DNA from: Octopus sinensis
Taxonomy: Eukaryota
NCBI RefSeq assembly: GCF_006345805.1
Contig: NC_042997.1
Span: 211,668,001 to 211,732,000 of the forward strand
Length of the DNA: 64,000 nt
Reading direction: 5' to 3'
In this document: piece after piece, positions 10,892 through 22,369 of the stretch
Layout of the letters: each line of letters starts with the position of its first letter
Numbering within the stretch: the first letter of the stretch is position 1
The notes under the pieces: generated by a model
Seen by the model: the letters and a program-made list of their open reading frames with translations, nothing else
The model's database searches: none
Told to the model about the DNA's origin: nothing
Made by a program: the position numbers and the translations under genes

Positions 10892-11359
10892 TGCAAATGT
10901 TTACAAAGTTTATCAATGCAACAGAGACATGGGGCTCCACAGAAAACGGCTGAAGGTGTCCCACCAAAATAAAGAATCCAACGTAGAGATCCTCTTCAGA
11001 CGAGCATCGAAAGTTTCGGTTGATGTTTACATATTGACCCGGAAATGAAAATCCCCCACAAAAAGATACTGGAATGGGTTTCGGTTAATGGACCACATCG
11101 GAGGAGATAAGTCATTCATTCGGTGACCTTAGCAGGTGGTTTGTTTTTTTATATATATAATGGCCGAGAGAAAACAATGTAATTAAGGTGATTGATTAAA
11201 AATAATTGCTTGATTAAACTAATTATCTATGAAAATATGCAGTTAATTTTTAAAAATATTTCTTATCTTTATTTTGTAGATACGGTAAAACAAATATATC
11301 AAAATGATTAACAGAAAAATGAAATTTTTGAATACCCCTTCACTACACTGTGTGTGTGT

Positions 11360-11570
11360 GTGTAGAGTAATCCCTCCACTATCGCGGGTGTTACGTTCCA
11401 AAAAAAAACCCCGCGAAAGGTGAAAATCCGCGAATTAGAAACAATACTGTGCTGTCTATTTTTATAATTATTTTAATAATTCGTATATATGGGCGGAAGT
11501 CTTTCCTATATTTATTTTATTGTAAATACAAAGCAACACCACGGAGGAATCGGCGTAAGCTTAAATAACA
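11360..11570. mobile_element. pogo/Tigger-like MITE remnant
   Basis: gtaatccctccactatcgcgggtgttacgttcc end, shared with the 58400 copy. Confidence 0.55.
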
Positions 11571-12000
11571 AACCACATGGCTAGGATAAAAGTCTAATAT
11601 CTACTCTTAACAATTCAATATATATAACTTTGTTAATTTTATCAAAACAAAAAAAAAAAAAGATTCTATCTATATTATTGTAATTTCCAGCTACGAAAAC
11701 ATTGAAATTTCGTCAGAAATGGATTTTTCAAGAGGAATAAAGTCACCAAACTGCAACAGACAAGTTCACTGATTAATAAATTATCGATACAATTAATTTA
11801 ATATACACGTATTTTTCTATTTGCACCCATTTGACAGGCTTACTGTAATCTAGGGACGCACAAAATAACTGTTGCAATTTGCAATAATTCAGTGAAAAGG
11901 AATCTATTTCATGTGGTCATTCGAAAACTTGCCCAAGTTTTGTAGAAAGTTTAGTAAAAAATGTGATTTTGCTATGCAAAGAAAATATAAAGTAACAAAC

Positions 12001-12128
12001 CAGTCGTCCAATTCGATTAGAATCTTCTTTTTTTCTTTGTTAAGTGTGTCTGCTTTCGCTTTGAGGATGTTTGAGTAATTAAGGAGACACTGTTCAAGAT
12101 GTTGTACATCGATATTTAATGAAGCCAT
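12001..12128 (-). CDS. Amun: Amun-like HhH-GPD DNA-glycosylase-fold protein, coding exon 1 (MASLNIDVQHLEQCLLNYSNILKAKADTLNKEKKKILIELDD-W)
   Basis: ATG at 12128 in gaaATGG context; 128 bp (42 codons + 2); donor TG|GTTTGT at 12000; split Trp codon TG|G joins exon 2 in frame, giving the LDDWYQNELP motif typical of this family. Confidence 0.75.
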
Positions 12129-12302
12129 TTCTGCCGCCAAATCAGCAACTAGGAGCAGCGACCGACCTCTTCCCGCAAAAAACGAAAATATACTGTGAGA
12201 AACTCTACCAATATATTGACACTGATATAAAATACTGTAATAAACGGTGGAAAAGGAAAGTAATTTACAAAAGCAAACAATAAGAAAATAGAAAAGCAAA
12301 AG

Positions 12303-12841
12303 GATCTTTTCGGTTTGACCGGCAGTTTTTTAAAATAATTTCCAAGTAACTAAACACTTTTAAACTTCGTATACTGGTAGAATGTGTTTATAAAACATCT
12401 TTTTCTCTTGGCTTTATTGAGAAAATTCTATGGTTTGTAAGATATTTGTTGTTGTTTTTTTTCTTCAATTTCTGCAATTTCAACCAATCAATGACGTCTA
12501 TTGAGGTAAAAACAAAACATTCTGTGCCGTATGAATATGTCCCTCGTTTAAGAAACAGTTTGGGTTTATTTACATTTGTGAAGAAAAAAAAAGATACCCT
12601 TCCCCCCACCCCTAACCGTAACCCTAAAACAGATTGAAATGCAATAGTTTAATCAGGACTTATCTCCTCCGATGTGGTCCATTAACCGAAACCCATTCCA
12701 GTGTCTTTTTTTGGGGGGGGGATTTTCATTTCCGGGTCAATATGTAAACATCAACCGAAACATCGATACTAGGGTCATAATTATGGGTGACAATTTCATA
12801 TGACACCGCGAGAAAAAACTGCCGTTCAAACCGAAAAGATC
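12303..12841. mobile_element. TIR MITE (GATCTTTTCGGTTTGAACGGCAGTTTTT, 28 bp TIR) upstream of the Amun-like ATG
   Basis: TIRs at 12303-12330 and 12814-12841 with one mismatch. Confidence 0.8.
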
Positions 12842-13484
12842 AACTGTAATAAACAGTGAAAAAGAAAAGTAATTTACAAAAGCAAACAATAAGAAAATAG
12901 AAAAATAAACAATTAATTAAAATATATGTGTACACTTTTTTCTTTCTTTTTTTTTTTTGTTGCTAAATAAAAATCTTCCTTCTTTACGCATCCGTAAATG
13001 AGTTACTCGTAGTAATAAGGCACTGAAAAAGGTGTTCTTTCGAGTGTCATCTGATACGTCAACGAGGTGCGATACCTACCAACTTCTCAAAAGCCACATG
13101 TTGTAATATATACCCTACAGATTATGGCATTTCAATGTCTCTGTTCAGCTACGAATATAGGAGGTGGTGGGGCAAAATGAGGTGTCTTTATTGCATTTTT
13201 TCCAAAAGTTTTTTTTTTTTCAAATGTTCCCTACTATATCAGCTCAACAAATGAACCTCCCTAAATACATTAAAAGCATTTTAACATAATCTGACCAACA
13301 TTTCAGAAAATTATCACCGTTCTCTTTGGGCATTTGAAAGACAAATTTGGCGGGGACAAAATGAGTAAGACAAGATAATATAAATTTACTGCTTCAGTTC
13401 TCCAGGAAACAGACTCACAGACATAAATATCGATCCATGGACATGAGAATCAGACATGCCAAAACAAAAACAAAAAAAATTATG

Positions 13485-13888
13485 TAGGCGCAGGAGTGGC
13501 TGTGTGGTAAGTAGCTTGCTAACCAACCACATGGTTCCGGGTTCAGTCCCACTGCGTGGCATCTTGGGCAAGTGTCTTCTGCTATAGCCCCGGGCCGACC
13601 AATGCCTTGTGAGTGGATTTGGTAGACGGAAACTGAAAGAAGCCTGTCGTATATATGTATATATATATATATATATGTTTGTGTGTCTGTGTTTGTCCCC
13701 CTAGCATTGCTTGACAACCGATGCTGGTGTGCTTACGTCTCTGTTACTTAGCGGTTCGGCAAAAGAGACCGATAGAATAAGTACTGGGCTTACAAAAGAA
13801 TAAGTCCCAGGGTCGAGTTGCTCGACTAAAGGCGGTGCTCCAGCATGGCCGCAGTCAAATGACTGAAACAAGTAAAAGAGTAAAAGAG
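13485..13888 (+). mobile_element. OK-type SINE, full length
   Basis: tRNA head to the GACTGAAACAAGTAAAAGAG tail. Confidence 0.9.
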
Positions 13889-15021
13889 AGAGAGAGGTCA
13901 AATGAAAGAGGGTGAGGAGAAAATAGTGATATGGAATTAAGGAAACTCGACTAAATGAAACAAAACCAAACAACCTAAAATATTCTCTGTAGCTCCTTTA
14001 CCATTTGCTGGAGTGTCTCCTGTTGCCATATATTTACTCACCATGCAGTTAAAGAGAAAATATTATTGAAATTAATCGTTACTCATTTTACCCCGTTTTA
14101 GACATCAACTTTTGAAACTTGAAAATTATCAATTTAGACATTAGTGTAGGAAAAAAATTGACTTCGAATCCAACATAGAAAAGACTATTGATTGTTCAAC
14201 ATCAAAAATTAACCGGATCTCTCAAAGGAGATGGAACACGTGGAAGCTGGAGATCCAGGAAGACACAGGATGAAGTACTGAACAATGACCTCAGGATACC
14301 GAATGTTTCAGGCGAGCTGACAAAGGCCTGAGATGCCTGATGCCTTGCTCTAGAGGACCCGTACATCACAACAGAAACGTTAAGACCGGTTCCTCCGGTG
14401 TAAAGTACTCGTGCTGCTGCGATGTAAAAGTGCCCTTGCAATGCCACATAAAAGCACCCAGCACACTTTGTAAAGTGGTTGGCATTAGGAAAAACGTCCG
14501 ACCGTAGAAACCATGCTGAAGTAGACTGGAGCTTGGTCCTGCTGCCCAGCTTGCCAGCTCTGGTTTAAACTGTCCAACACATACCTGCATGGACAATAGA
14601 TGTTAAATGATGATAGTCTATTTCCAATTTCAATTACAATCATGTCAACGAGGAAAACTTTCTTAATAATAAAGAGGACCTGCCACCTGACTATATTTCC
14701 AGGCTTCCTCAACAGCAACAACTATGCTGGCCAATTTTTACCCCTAAGTATATAATGTGGCAATACTTGCAATGTAAGGATTTCAAACAGGGAGGGAGAA
14801 ATCAGAAGTTACTCATTTTGCACCAGTTAATAATTTTACAGCCCACAATCCTAATTCTGTTACGTGTAGTAAATGGGGGCTAACATTGGGATCACATTCA
14901 AGGTATTTAACTCTGGCTCATCATTCTTTTCCCCCTTATTCCTGGACAATCTCAGGGTTAAGGGGATTTTTACTCTGGCTGGTGGTAGTTTAATCAAATT
15001 AGGTTCCACAATGACAACTCA

Positions 15022-15880
15022 TTCATCATCATCATCGTTTAACGTCCACTGTCCATGCTAGCATGGGTTGGACGATTTTGACAGGGCTGGCAAACCAAAT
15101 GGCTGCACCAGGCTTCAATCGTGGTCTGGCAGAGTTACTACAGCTGGATGCCCTTCCTAATGCCAACCACTCCGAGAGTGTAGTGGGTGCTTTTAAGTGC
15201 CACCGCCACAGGGCCAGTCAGGCAGTACTGGCAACAACCTTGCTCAAATCTTTTACACATGCCACCGGCACAGGTGCCAGTAAGGCAATGCTAGTAATGA
15301 TCATGCTCGAATGGTGTCTTTTACGTGCCACCAGCACGGGGGCTAGATAGCCACTCTGGCAATGATCGCGTTCGAATGGTGCTCTTAATGCCCTACTAGC
15401 ACGGGGCTCAAGTGCCAGTAAGGCAATGCTGGTAATGATCACGCTCGAATGGTGCCGTTTAAGTGCCACTGGCACGGAAGCTGGTTAGCCGCTCCATCAA
15501 TGATCACACTCGTATGGCGCTCTTTGCACCCTGCTAGCACGGATGCCAGTCATCGATTTTGATTTTGATTTCACTTGCCTTAATAGGTCTTCGCAAGCAG
15601 TGTCCAAAGAAGGAAAAGGTACGCATAAGTGGGCTGGTTACGCCCCTGGCATAGGCCACGAGGTTATGGTCTCATTTGGCTTGCCGGGTCTTCTCACGCA
15701 TGGCATATTTCCAAAAGTCTCTGTCACTAGTCAATTCCTTGGTGAGGCCTAAAGTTCGAAGGTCGTGCTTCACCACTTCATCCCAGGTCTTCCTGGTTCT
15801 ACCTCTTCCACAGGTTCCCTCAAGCGCTAGGGTGTGGCACTTTTTCAGACAGCTGTCCTCATCCATTCTCGCCACATACA
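15022..15880 (-). mobile_element. 5'-truncated RTE LINE (RT C-terminus + 3'UTR)
   Basis: VARMDEDSC...GRGRTRKTWDEVVKHDL, followed by the UTR and tail. Confidence 0.85.
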
Positions 15881-16200
15881 TTATACATACACCAATATAC
15901 ATTCTTCTATGTATATTGTCTCCAGCTCTGGATCTTTCTCTCTCATACGTTCCATTCACATTTAGTGATTGGCACTTTATCAAAAACATTTTTTTCATGT
16001 TGAAAATGTGTTTTGATTGTGTATTCTCCCAAACTGTGTCAATGTACCCTCTTCTGCACCTTTGTAAAAATTAATTCACCTTTTTGTTGGTGTTAATTCG
16101 TGTTGGAAAGGAGAGAATGTTGCTCACTAACTAAAGAGGAGTCAACGTGAATGGAAGAAAGGAAACAGAAAAAGATAGGAGCATTTAGATAAACCAAGAT

Positions 16201-16910
16201 TCATCATCATCGTTTAACATCCGCTTTCCATGCTGGCATGGATTGGACGGTTTGATTGAGGATTGGTAAGCCAGGAGGCTGCACCAGGCTCCAGTCCGAT
16301 CTGGCAGTGTTTCTACAGCTGGATGCCCTTCCTAATGCCAACCACTCCAAGAGTGTAGTGTAATGGGTGCTTTTTATATGCCACTGGCACGAGGGCCAGT
16401 CAAGCAGTACTAGCATCGAAAAGACTCAAATTGTGCTTTTTATGTGCCACCAGCATGGGTGCCAATCAAGCAGACTGGCATCGGCCTCAACAATTATTTC
16501 ACTTGAGTCAACAACTCAATTTATTGCCCAATGATTGAAGGGTCATATTGGTAAATGTTACAATGGGTAAAAGAACTGAGTTGAACACTGACCAGGCTTT
16601 CTACATTCTTTTGAATTGTGAAAGAGGTCGTAGCCAGTGCCACCCTACTTGCTCCCGTGCTAGTGGCACATAAAAGTACCATTTGAGTGTGGTTATTGCC
16701 AGTGCAACCTAACTGGCTCCTATGCTGCTGGCATGTAAAAAGCACTCACTATGCTACACTCTTGCAGTGGTTGGCATTAGGAAGGGCATCCAGCTGTAGA
16801 AACACTGCCAGATCAGACTGGAGCCTGGTGCAGCCTTCTGGCTTATCAATCCTCAGTCAAACCGTCCAACCCATGCTAGTATGGAAAGCAGATATTAAAC
16901 AATGATGATG
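16201..16910. mobile_element. Two RTE tails head-to-head (16201-16505 minus; 16625-16910 plus)
   Basis: Same motifs in opposite orientations. Confidence 0.75.
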
Positions 16911-17099
16911 AGATGGCAAGAATCTGAATGAGGGATTAACACTCAATTCCTAAGAATAAAAACAAAATATGTCAATAGAGCTCAATAATATAGATATTCT
17001 TGAGCAATTGTTTGAAAAGGGAGAGCATTTGAAAGATGTCAAAATAGAAAGGAAGAATTCAAAGAATAGTTCCACTGCAACATATTGTGTCTAAGATGA

Positions 17100-17500
17100 A
17101 TGGTTGAGTATTTAAATTTCCAATTTGGTACTACTGACTTTAAGATCTCTGATGTCCTCAATCATCAGGTTTAGGGTCACAAGGATTGTACTGATGGAAC
17201 ATTTGAAGCAAGCATACATAACTAAGGTACCACACATTCAAATCAGGCCCTATCCAAGCAATATCATCAACACCCAAATAGTGCAGGATTGAGTGGGTCA
17301 CCCTGATGTACTGCCGAGGCTGAGAATGAACAGCTCATTAAAAGATAAATAAGTGGGTTCTTGATAAACATGTGAAATAAAAGGGCAGAGTCCTGGAATT
17401 GTCTCTTAAATTGAGCTGAGAATGACATCATGACCGAGTAAATTTTGCTTTTGAAATCAGGTTTAAGATCTACCTTGAGGACTCAGCTTATGAACAGATA
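17100..17500 (-). mobile_element. Degenerate CRE-type reverse transcriptase fragment
   Basis: Minus strand reads SASAVHQGDPLNPALF and DLNVWYL. Confidence 0.5.
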
Positions 17501-17546
17501 ATTAGCAACCCAATTTAGTGCCAACCACAGATCAATTAGTCAGTCA

Positions 17547-17919
17547 TTTTACTTGTTTCAGCCATGCTGGAGCACCGCCTTTAGTCGAGCAAATCGACCC
17601 CGGGACCTATTCTTTATAAGCCCAGTACTTATTCCATCGGTCTCTTTTGCCGAACCACTAAGTGATGGGGACGTAAACACACCAGCATCGGTTGTCAAGT
17701 AATGCCAGGGGGACAAACACACACACACAAACATATTCACACACATACATATATATGACAGGCTTCTTTCAGTTTCCGTCTACCAAATCCACTCACAAGG
17801 CTTTGGTTGGCCCGAGGCTATAGTAGAAGACACTTGCCCAAGATGCCATGCAGTGGGACTGAACCCGGAACCATGTGGCTGGTTAGCAAGCTACTTACCA
17901 CACAGCCACTCCTGCGCCT
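17547..17919 (-). mobile_element. OK-type SINE
   Basis: Reverse match to the 13485 copy. Confidence 0.9.
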
Positions 17920-18260
17920 GGTGTTAATTAAAAATAATAATAATAAAGTAGGTGGAAGATCAATGATGAGCATTGGATGACAGTCAACTGCTGTGAGCCA
18001 CAGACCACAAGGAGGCTTAAAGAGAGCAAATGGCTTAGCACTAGAGAATGAAGCTGGTATGGGAGGATGAGACATCCTCAAAAAAGCCAGTGTCACCAGG
18101 CAACAGGTAAATAGCATCTTTGAGATAAAAGTCATCAATTCTAGGATCAGAGGAAAGGAAGTCTTGTCTTTTTTGACATTAGATAAAGACCGGCTGAGTC
18201 ACCCAGGCCACTGCAAACAAACATCTGGAGTAACAAGCAAATGTTACCTTCTGTAATCTC

Positions 18261-18597
18261 TCTCTATATAAACAGCAAAATGTCTGTGTGTGTGTGTGTG
18301 TGTCCTTTATACAAATCCACAATTTTTCAGTTAGAGGGCTCGCACTTTCTATGGTCATTCAAAACTGTCCAAGGGTGGTCGTGCATATCTTTACATTTCC
18401 CCAGTCACCCTGCAAAGCCATTAAGAAATCAATAGAAGTGACTTTTTGGTGAATTTTCTATCCAAATCCCAATCAAAATGCCAGAAACTTGATACGCCAA
18501 TTGAATGCCAGCTAACTGTATGTGATTGGTCGGAGATTTGGACAGTACTCGCGTGTATGTGCGCACGCACGCAGCTGCATATATGCATGCACTAGCA
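18261..18597 (+). mobile_element. Non-autonomous Helitron-like element
   Basis: TC-start tctctatataaac, CTAG end preceded by self-complementary gctgcatatatgcatgc. Confidence 0.45.
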
Positions 18598-19069
18598 ATA
18601 TTTTTTTATTGTTTTACTTGTTTCAGTCATGTGACTGTGGCCATGCTGGAGCACTGCCTTTGAGAGTTTTTAGTCAAATAAATCGACCCCAGGACTTATT
18701 CATTGTAAGCCTGACACTGATTCTGTTGGTCTCTTTTGCCGAACTGCTATACTGAACAAGATTTAATAAAAAGGAGAGAGAGGATGGATTACTGGGCCCA
18801 TGGTATTTGTTGCAGCAGACCAATACAAGTTTCAAGAATGAAACCATGCCCATTATAATAATAAAACCCCTGCTTGGTAATTTATCGAGCCTTTTGAAAA
18901 AGGTTAAGGGAGTAAAGCCCTGTGGAAAATCTAGAGTGAGAGAGCCTAAGGCCGATATGCACAGTTATACTTCATCAATGTCTGGCATCCCATGTTGCTC
19001 GGTGTCTGGTGTGAATGTATTGACTTTTGTTTGCTTCATGGTGTATCCATGAGTGGAGAGATCGTTAGA

Positions 19070-19330
19070 ATCATCATCATCATTCGACCGTGGTCGAGAC
19101 AATGGAATTTACTATGTTACGCCAGACCTCACGGCCCATCATAGCATTATGGAGGTCCTGTTGCTGGATGCCTGTATCCCTGGAGATTACATCAGGGTAG
19201 GAGAGTGTGTGCCCTCTGGTATCGCGAGCAGATGGCTTCCAGAGGAGAATAGAAATTACCTCGTTTTCAGCTCTACAACAATGTCCAGCAAACTGGCATC
19301 TCCTACCTTTCACAAAAGATGATACAGGTG
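19070..19330 (-). mobile_element. Second RTE-clade LINE 3' fragment
   Basis: RRCQFAGHCCRAENEVISILLWKP...REVWRNIV, with a (TGA)n tail. Confidence 0.7.
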
Positions 19331-19426
19331 GTAATTTCCCATATATTTGTACTTTGGTTGATACCCTTACCTCTGGAAACAACCCAGGCACAGCAGAGGT
19401 GGTTAAGTTACTGTCTCTGCAATACC

Positions 19427-19644
19427 TATTTCTTTATTACCCACAAGGGGCTAAACACAGAGGGGACAAACAAGGACAGACATAGGTATTAAGTCGATTA
19501 CATCGACCCCAGTGCTTAACTGGTACTTAATTTATCGACCCCGAAAGGATGAAAGGCAAAGTCGACCTCGGCGGAATTTGAACTCACAACGTAACGCAGA
19601 CGAAATACCGCTAAGCATTTTGCCTGGCGTGCTAACGTTTCTGC
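19427..19644 (-). mobile_element. Family-M SINE monomer with 16 bp TSD
   Basis: ctgtctctgcaatacc at 19411-19426 and 19645-19660. Confidence 0.85.
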
Positions 19645-20009
19645 CTGTCTCTGCAATACCATTGACTAGCAGCGTAAAAGGCCAATGAAAACCACACACA
19701 CACATGGACATGGACGTAACCTATATTGACCTGACAACTCTGGTTCCAATTCTTTCTTGTGTCCTTCTTTTCCATCTTGGTCCAAATTAACTAAATTGTC
19801 TTCCCATCTTGGTGGAAGCCTTCCCACTGTTCTCTTCTCACTGCCCACTTTCACCTGTTGTCCATTCTCAAATGACCTCATTTCGGATATGCTCATGCAA
19901 CAATATTCTTAACATGGATCTTTCTATGTTCCTTTGTGCTGAGGCCAATCAGTGATGGCCTTCCCTCTTCTTAGTAGGCCAAGTCTCACTTGCACATAAA
20001 TATGCAGGT

Positions 20010-21262
20010 AGTGAGCACTGGCATCCGTTGCTAGTGGAGCGCTAAGAGTACCATACAAGTGAGATCGTTGCCAGAGCAACAAACCGGCCTTCGTGCCGAT
20101 GGCACGTTAAACACACCATTTGAGCGTGACCGTTACCGTGTCACCTTTCTAGCACTTGTGTTGGTGGCACGTGAAACATTCGAGCGAGGTCGTCGCCAGT
20201 GCCACTGGACTGGCTCCTGTGCAGGTGGCACGTAAAAAGCACCCACTACACTCTCAGAGTGGCTGGCATTAGGAAGGGCATCCAGCTGTAGAAACTCTGC
20301 CAGATCAGATTGGAGTCTGGTTCGCCAGAACTCAAACCAATCGTCCAACCCATGCTAGCATGGAAAGCGACCGTTAAATGATGATGATGATGATGATGAT
20401 GAAAGTGACACTGAAGAAGCTGGCACATAATGCAAATTAATAATGGTTCAGGTGTGCACACACGGCAGAGTGTAAGCACCCTGAGAGAAATGTTGGACAT
20501 AAGAAGCATCAGATGTGGTGTGCATGAGAGGCGACTGCACTGGTATGGTCAGGTATGGATGAGGGGAGCTGTGTGAAGTGTCACTCCCTAATAGTGGAGG
20601 GTACTTGTGGAAGAGGGAGACCCAAGAAGACATTGGATGTGGTGGTGAAGCACGACCATTGAACGTTGGGCCTCACAGAGGCAATGACGGTAGACTGAGA
20701 TCTCTGGAGATATGCTGTGATTGAGAATACCTGGCAAGGAAAGTGAGATCACAGCCATAGCCTACACCAGTGCCGCATAACCAACCCTTTTCAAAAAGTA
20801 CCTTTGGGTCATCAGGCGACAATAGGTTTGAGGAAACCTATTGAGTTAAATCAAAATCAAATCACAATCAAACGGAAATTGTAGTTGTGGTCGATGCCAG
20901 TGCTGTTGGCATGCAATAAGCACCATTCATGCCTGACTGGCTCCCTGTGCTAGTGACGTGTAAAAAGTAACATCCAAACATGATCGATGCCAGCCCCTGC
21001 CTTGACTGGCTCCTGCTCCCATGGCACGTAAAAAGCACCATCCAAACGAGTTATTGCCAGTGCCGCCTGATTGACTCCTGTGCCGGTGGCACGTAAAAAG
21101 CACCCATTACACTCTTGGAATGGTTGGAATTAGGGAGGGCATCCAACTGTAGAAACCTTGCCAGATCAGATTAGAGCCTGGTGTGGCCTCCTGGCTTGCC
21201 TGTCCCCAGTCAAACCGTCTAACCCATGCCAGCATGGAAAACGGACGTTAAATGATGATGTT
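20010..21262 (+). mobile_element. Two consecutive RTE 3' fragments (20010-20400 tail; 20455-21262 RT C-terminus + UTR)
   Basis: RQSVSTLREMLDIRSIRCGV reading and two (ATG)n tails. Confidence 0.8.
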
Positions 21263-21264
21263 TC

Positions 21265-21560
21265 AAATTTTGGCACAAGGCCAGCAATTTCAGGGGAGGG
21301 GCTACGTTGATTACATTGATTACTTATTTAATTGATCCCCAAAAGAATGAAAGGCTAATTGACCCTAACAGAATTTGTACTGAGAATATAAAGATTGCTA
21401 TTCTTTTCTACTCTAGGTCCGAAATTTTGGGGGAAGGGGTCAGTCGATTAGATCGACCTCAGTACCCAAAAGGTACTTAATTTATCAATCCCAAAAGGAT
21501 AAAAAGCAAAGTCGACCTCGACGGAATTTGAACTCAGAATGTAAAGACAGAGGAAATACT
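21265..21560 (-). mobile_element. Degenerate dimeric family-M SINE with a variant tail
   Basis: Two central domains (gaatgaaaggc; aaagtcgacctcg). Confidence 0.6.
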
Positions 21561-21970
21561 GCTATCGTGGTCTTGTTTATTGAAAATAAATACACACTGA
21601 ATTAATTGTTGCTTTATGTGTGTGTATTAATTACACGACATAATGACGAGTGTCATAGGTGAGATATTTGTATTATTTTCCCGTTATAGGAGGCTACTAA
21701 ACTGAAGCAAATTAAAAAGAAAATATTCTTGTAACAGAGTATATGCACAAAGTCAATATATTTCGTCGTTTCTAATTCTACTTGCACTTCTGAAGTGTAA
21801 AAAAATGTGTCTTTACTTTTTTTTAAGAAGCTAAGTGTGATTTGAGTGAGATTTCGCTGCCATTTTTAGCAGGATGACCGACCTGGGGCTTCTCCGGTCA
21901 GCTTTGTCTCACTGTAGATAAAGGGAGGTAAACCGGTTATTGTTTTCCTAGCAAAGGAGGTTGTAATAGC

Positions 21971-22245
21971 TTGCATCTCTCTCTCACACTCTCTTTCATA
22001 CTTTGCACCTACTCACACTCACTCTCTCTCTTACACTTACTCTCACTCCGCCCTCACTGTCAGCGCTACGCTTCCTCCCCTCTGTTTCTTCATTACTCTC
22101 ACTCGCTATCTCTCACTCCTCCCTCACTGTCTGTGCTACGCTTCCTACCCTGTCTTTCTTCCTTACTCTTTCACCCCCGCCGTGGCACCCCTCCCTCACT
22201 GACTCTCTCTCTATCGCTCTCTCCGTCGCTCTCTCTCTCTTTCCT
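21971..22245. repeat. CT/CAC-rich low-complexity tract upstream of ABCE1
   Basis: Pyrimidine-rich degenerate repeats. Confidence 0.8.
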
Positions 22246-22369
22246 TACCACATGGTATCACTGTAGCCATATTGTAGACCAGGCTACATTCATCTTCTTT
22301 AAACTCACCTTTACCTGATTATTATCGTCGCCAGAATACGTGCAAAGGAGACAAGAGGAAGACGGAACA

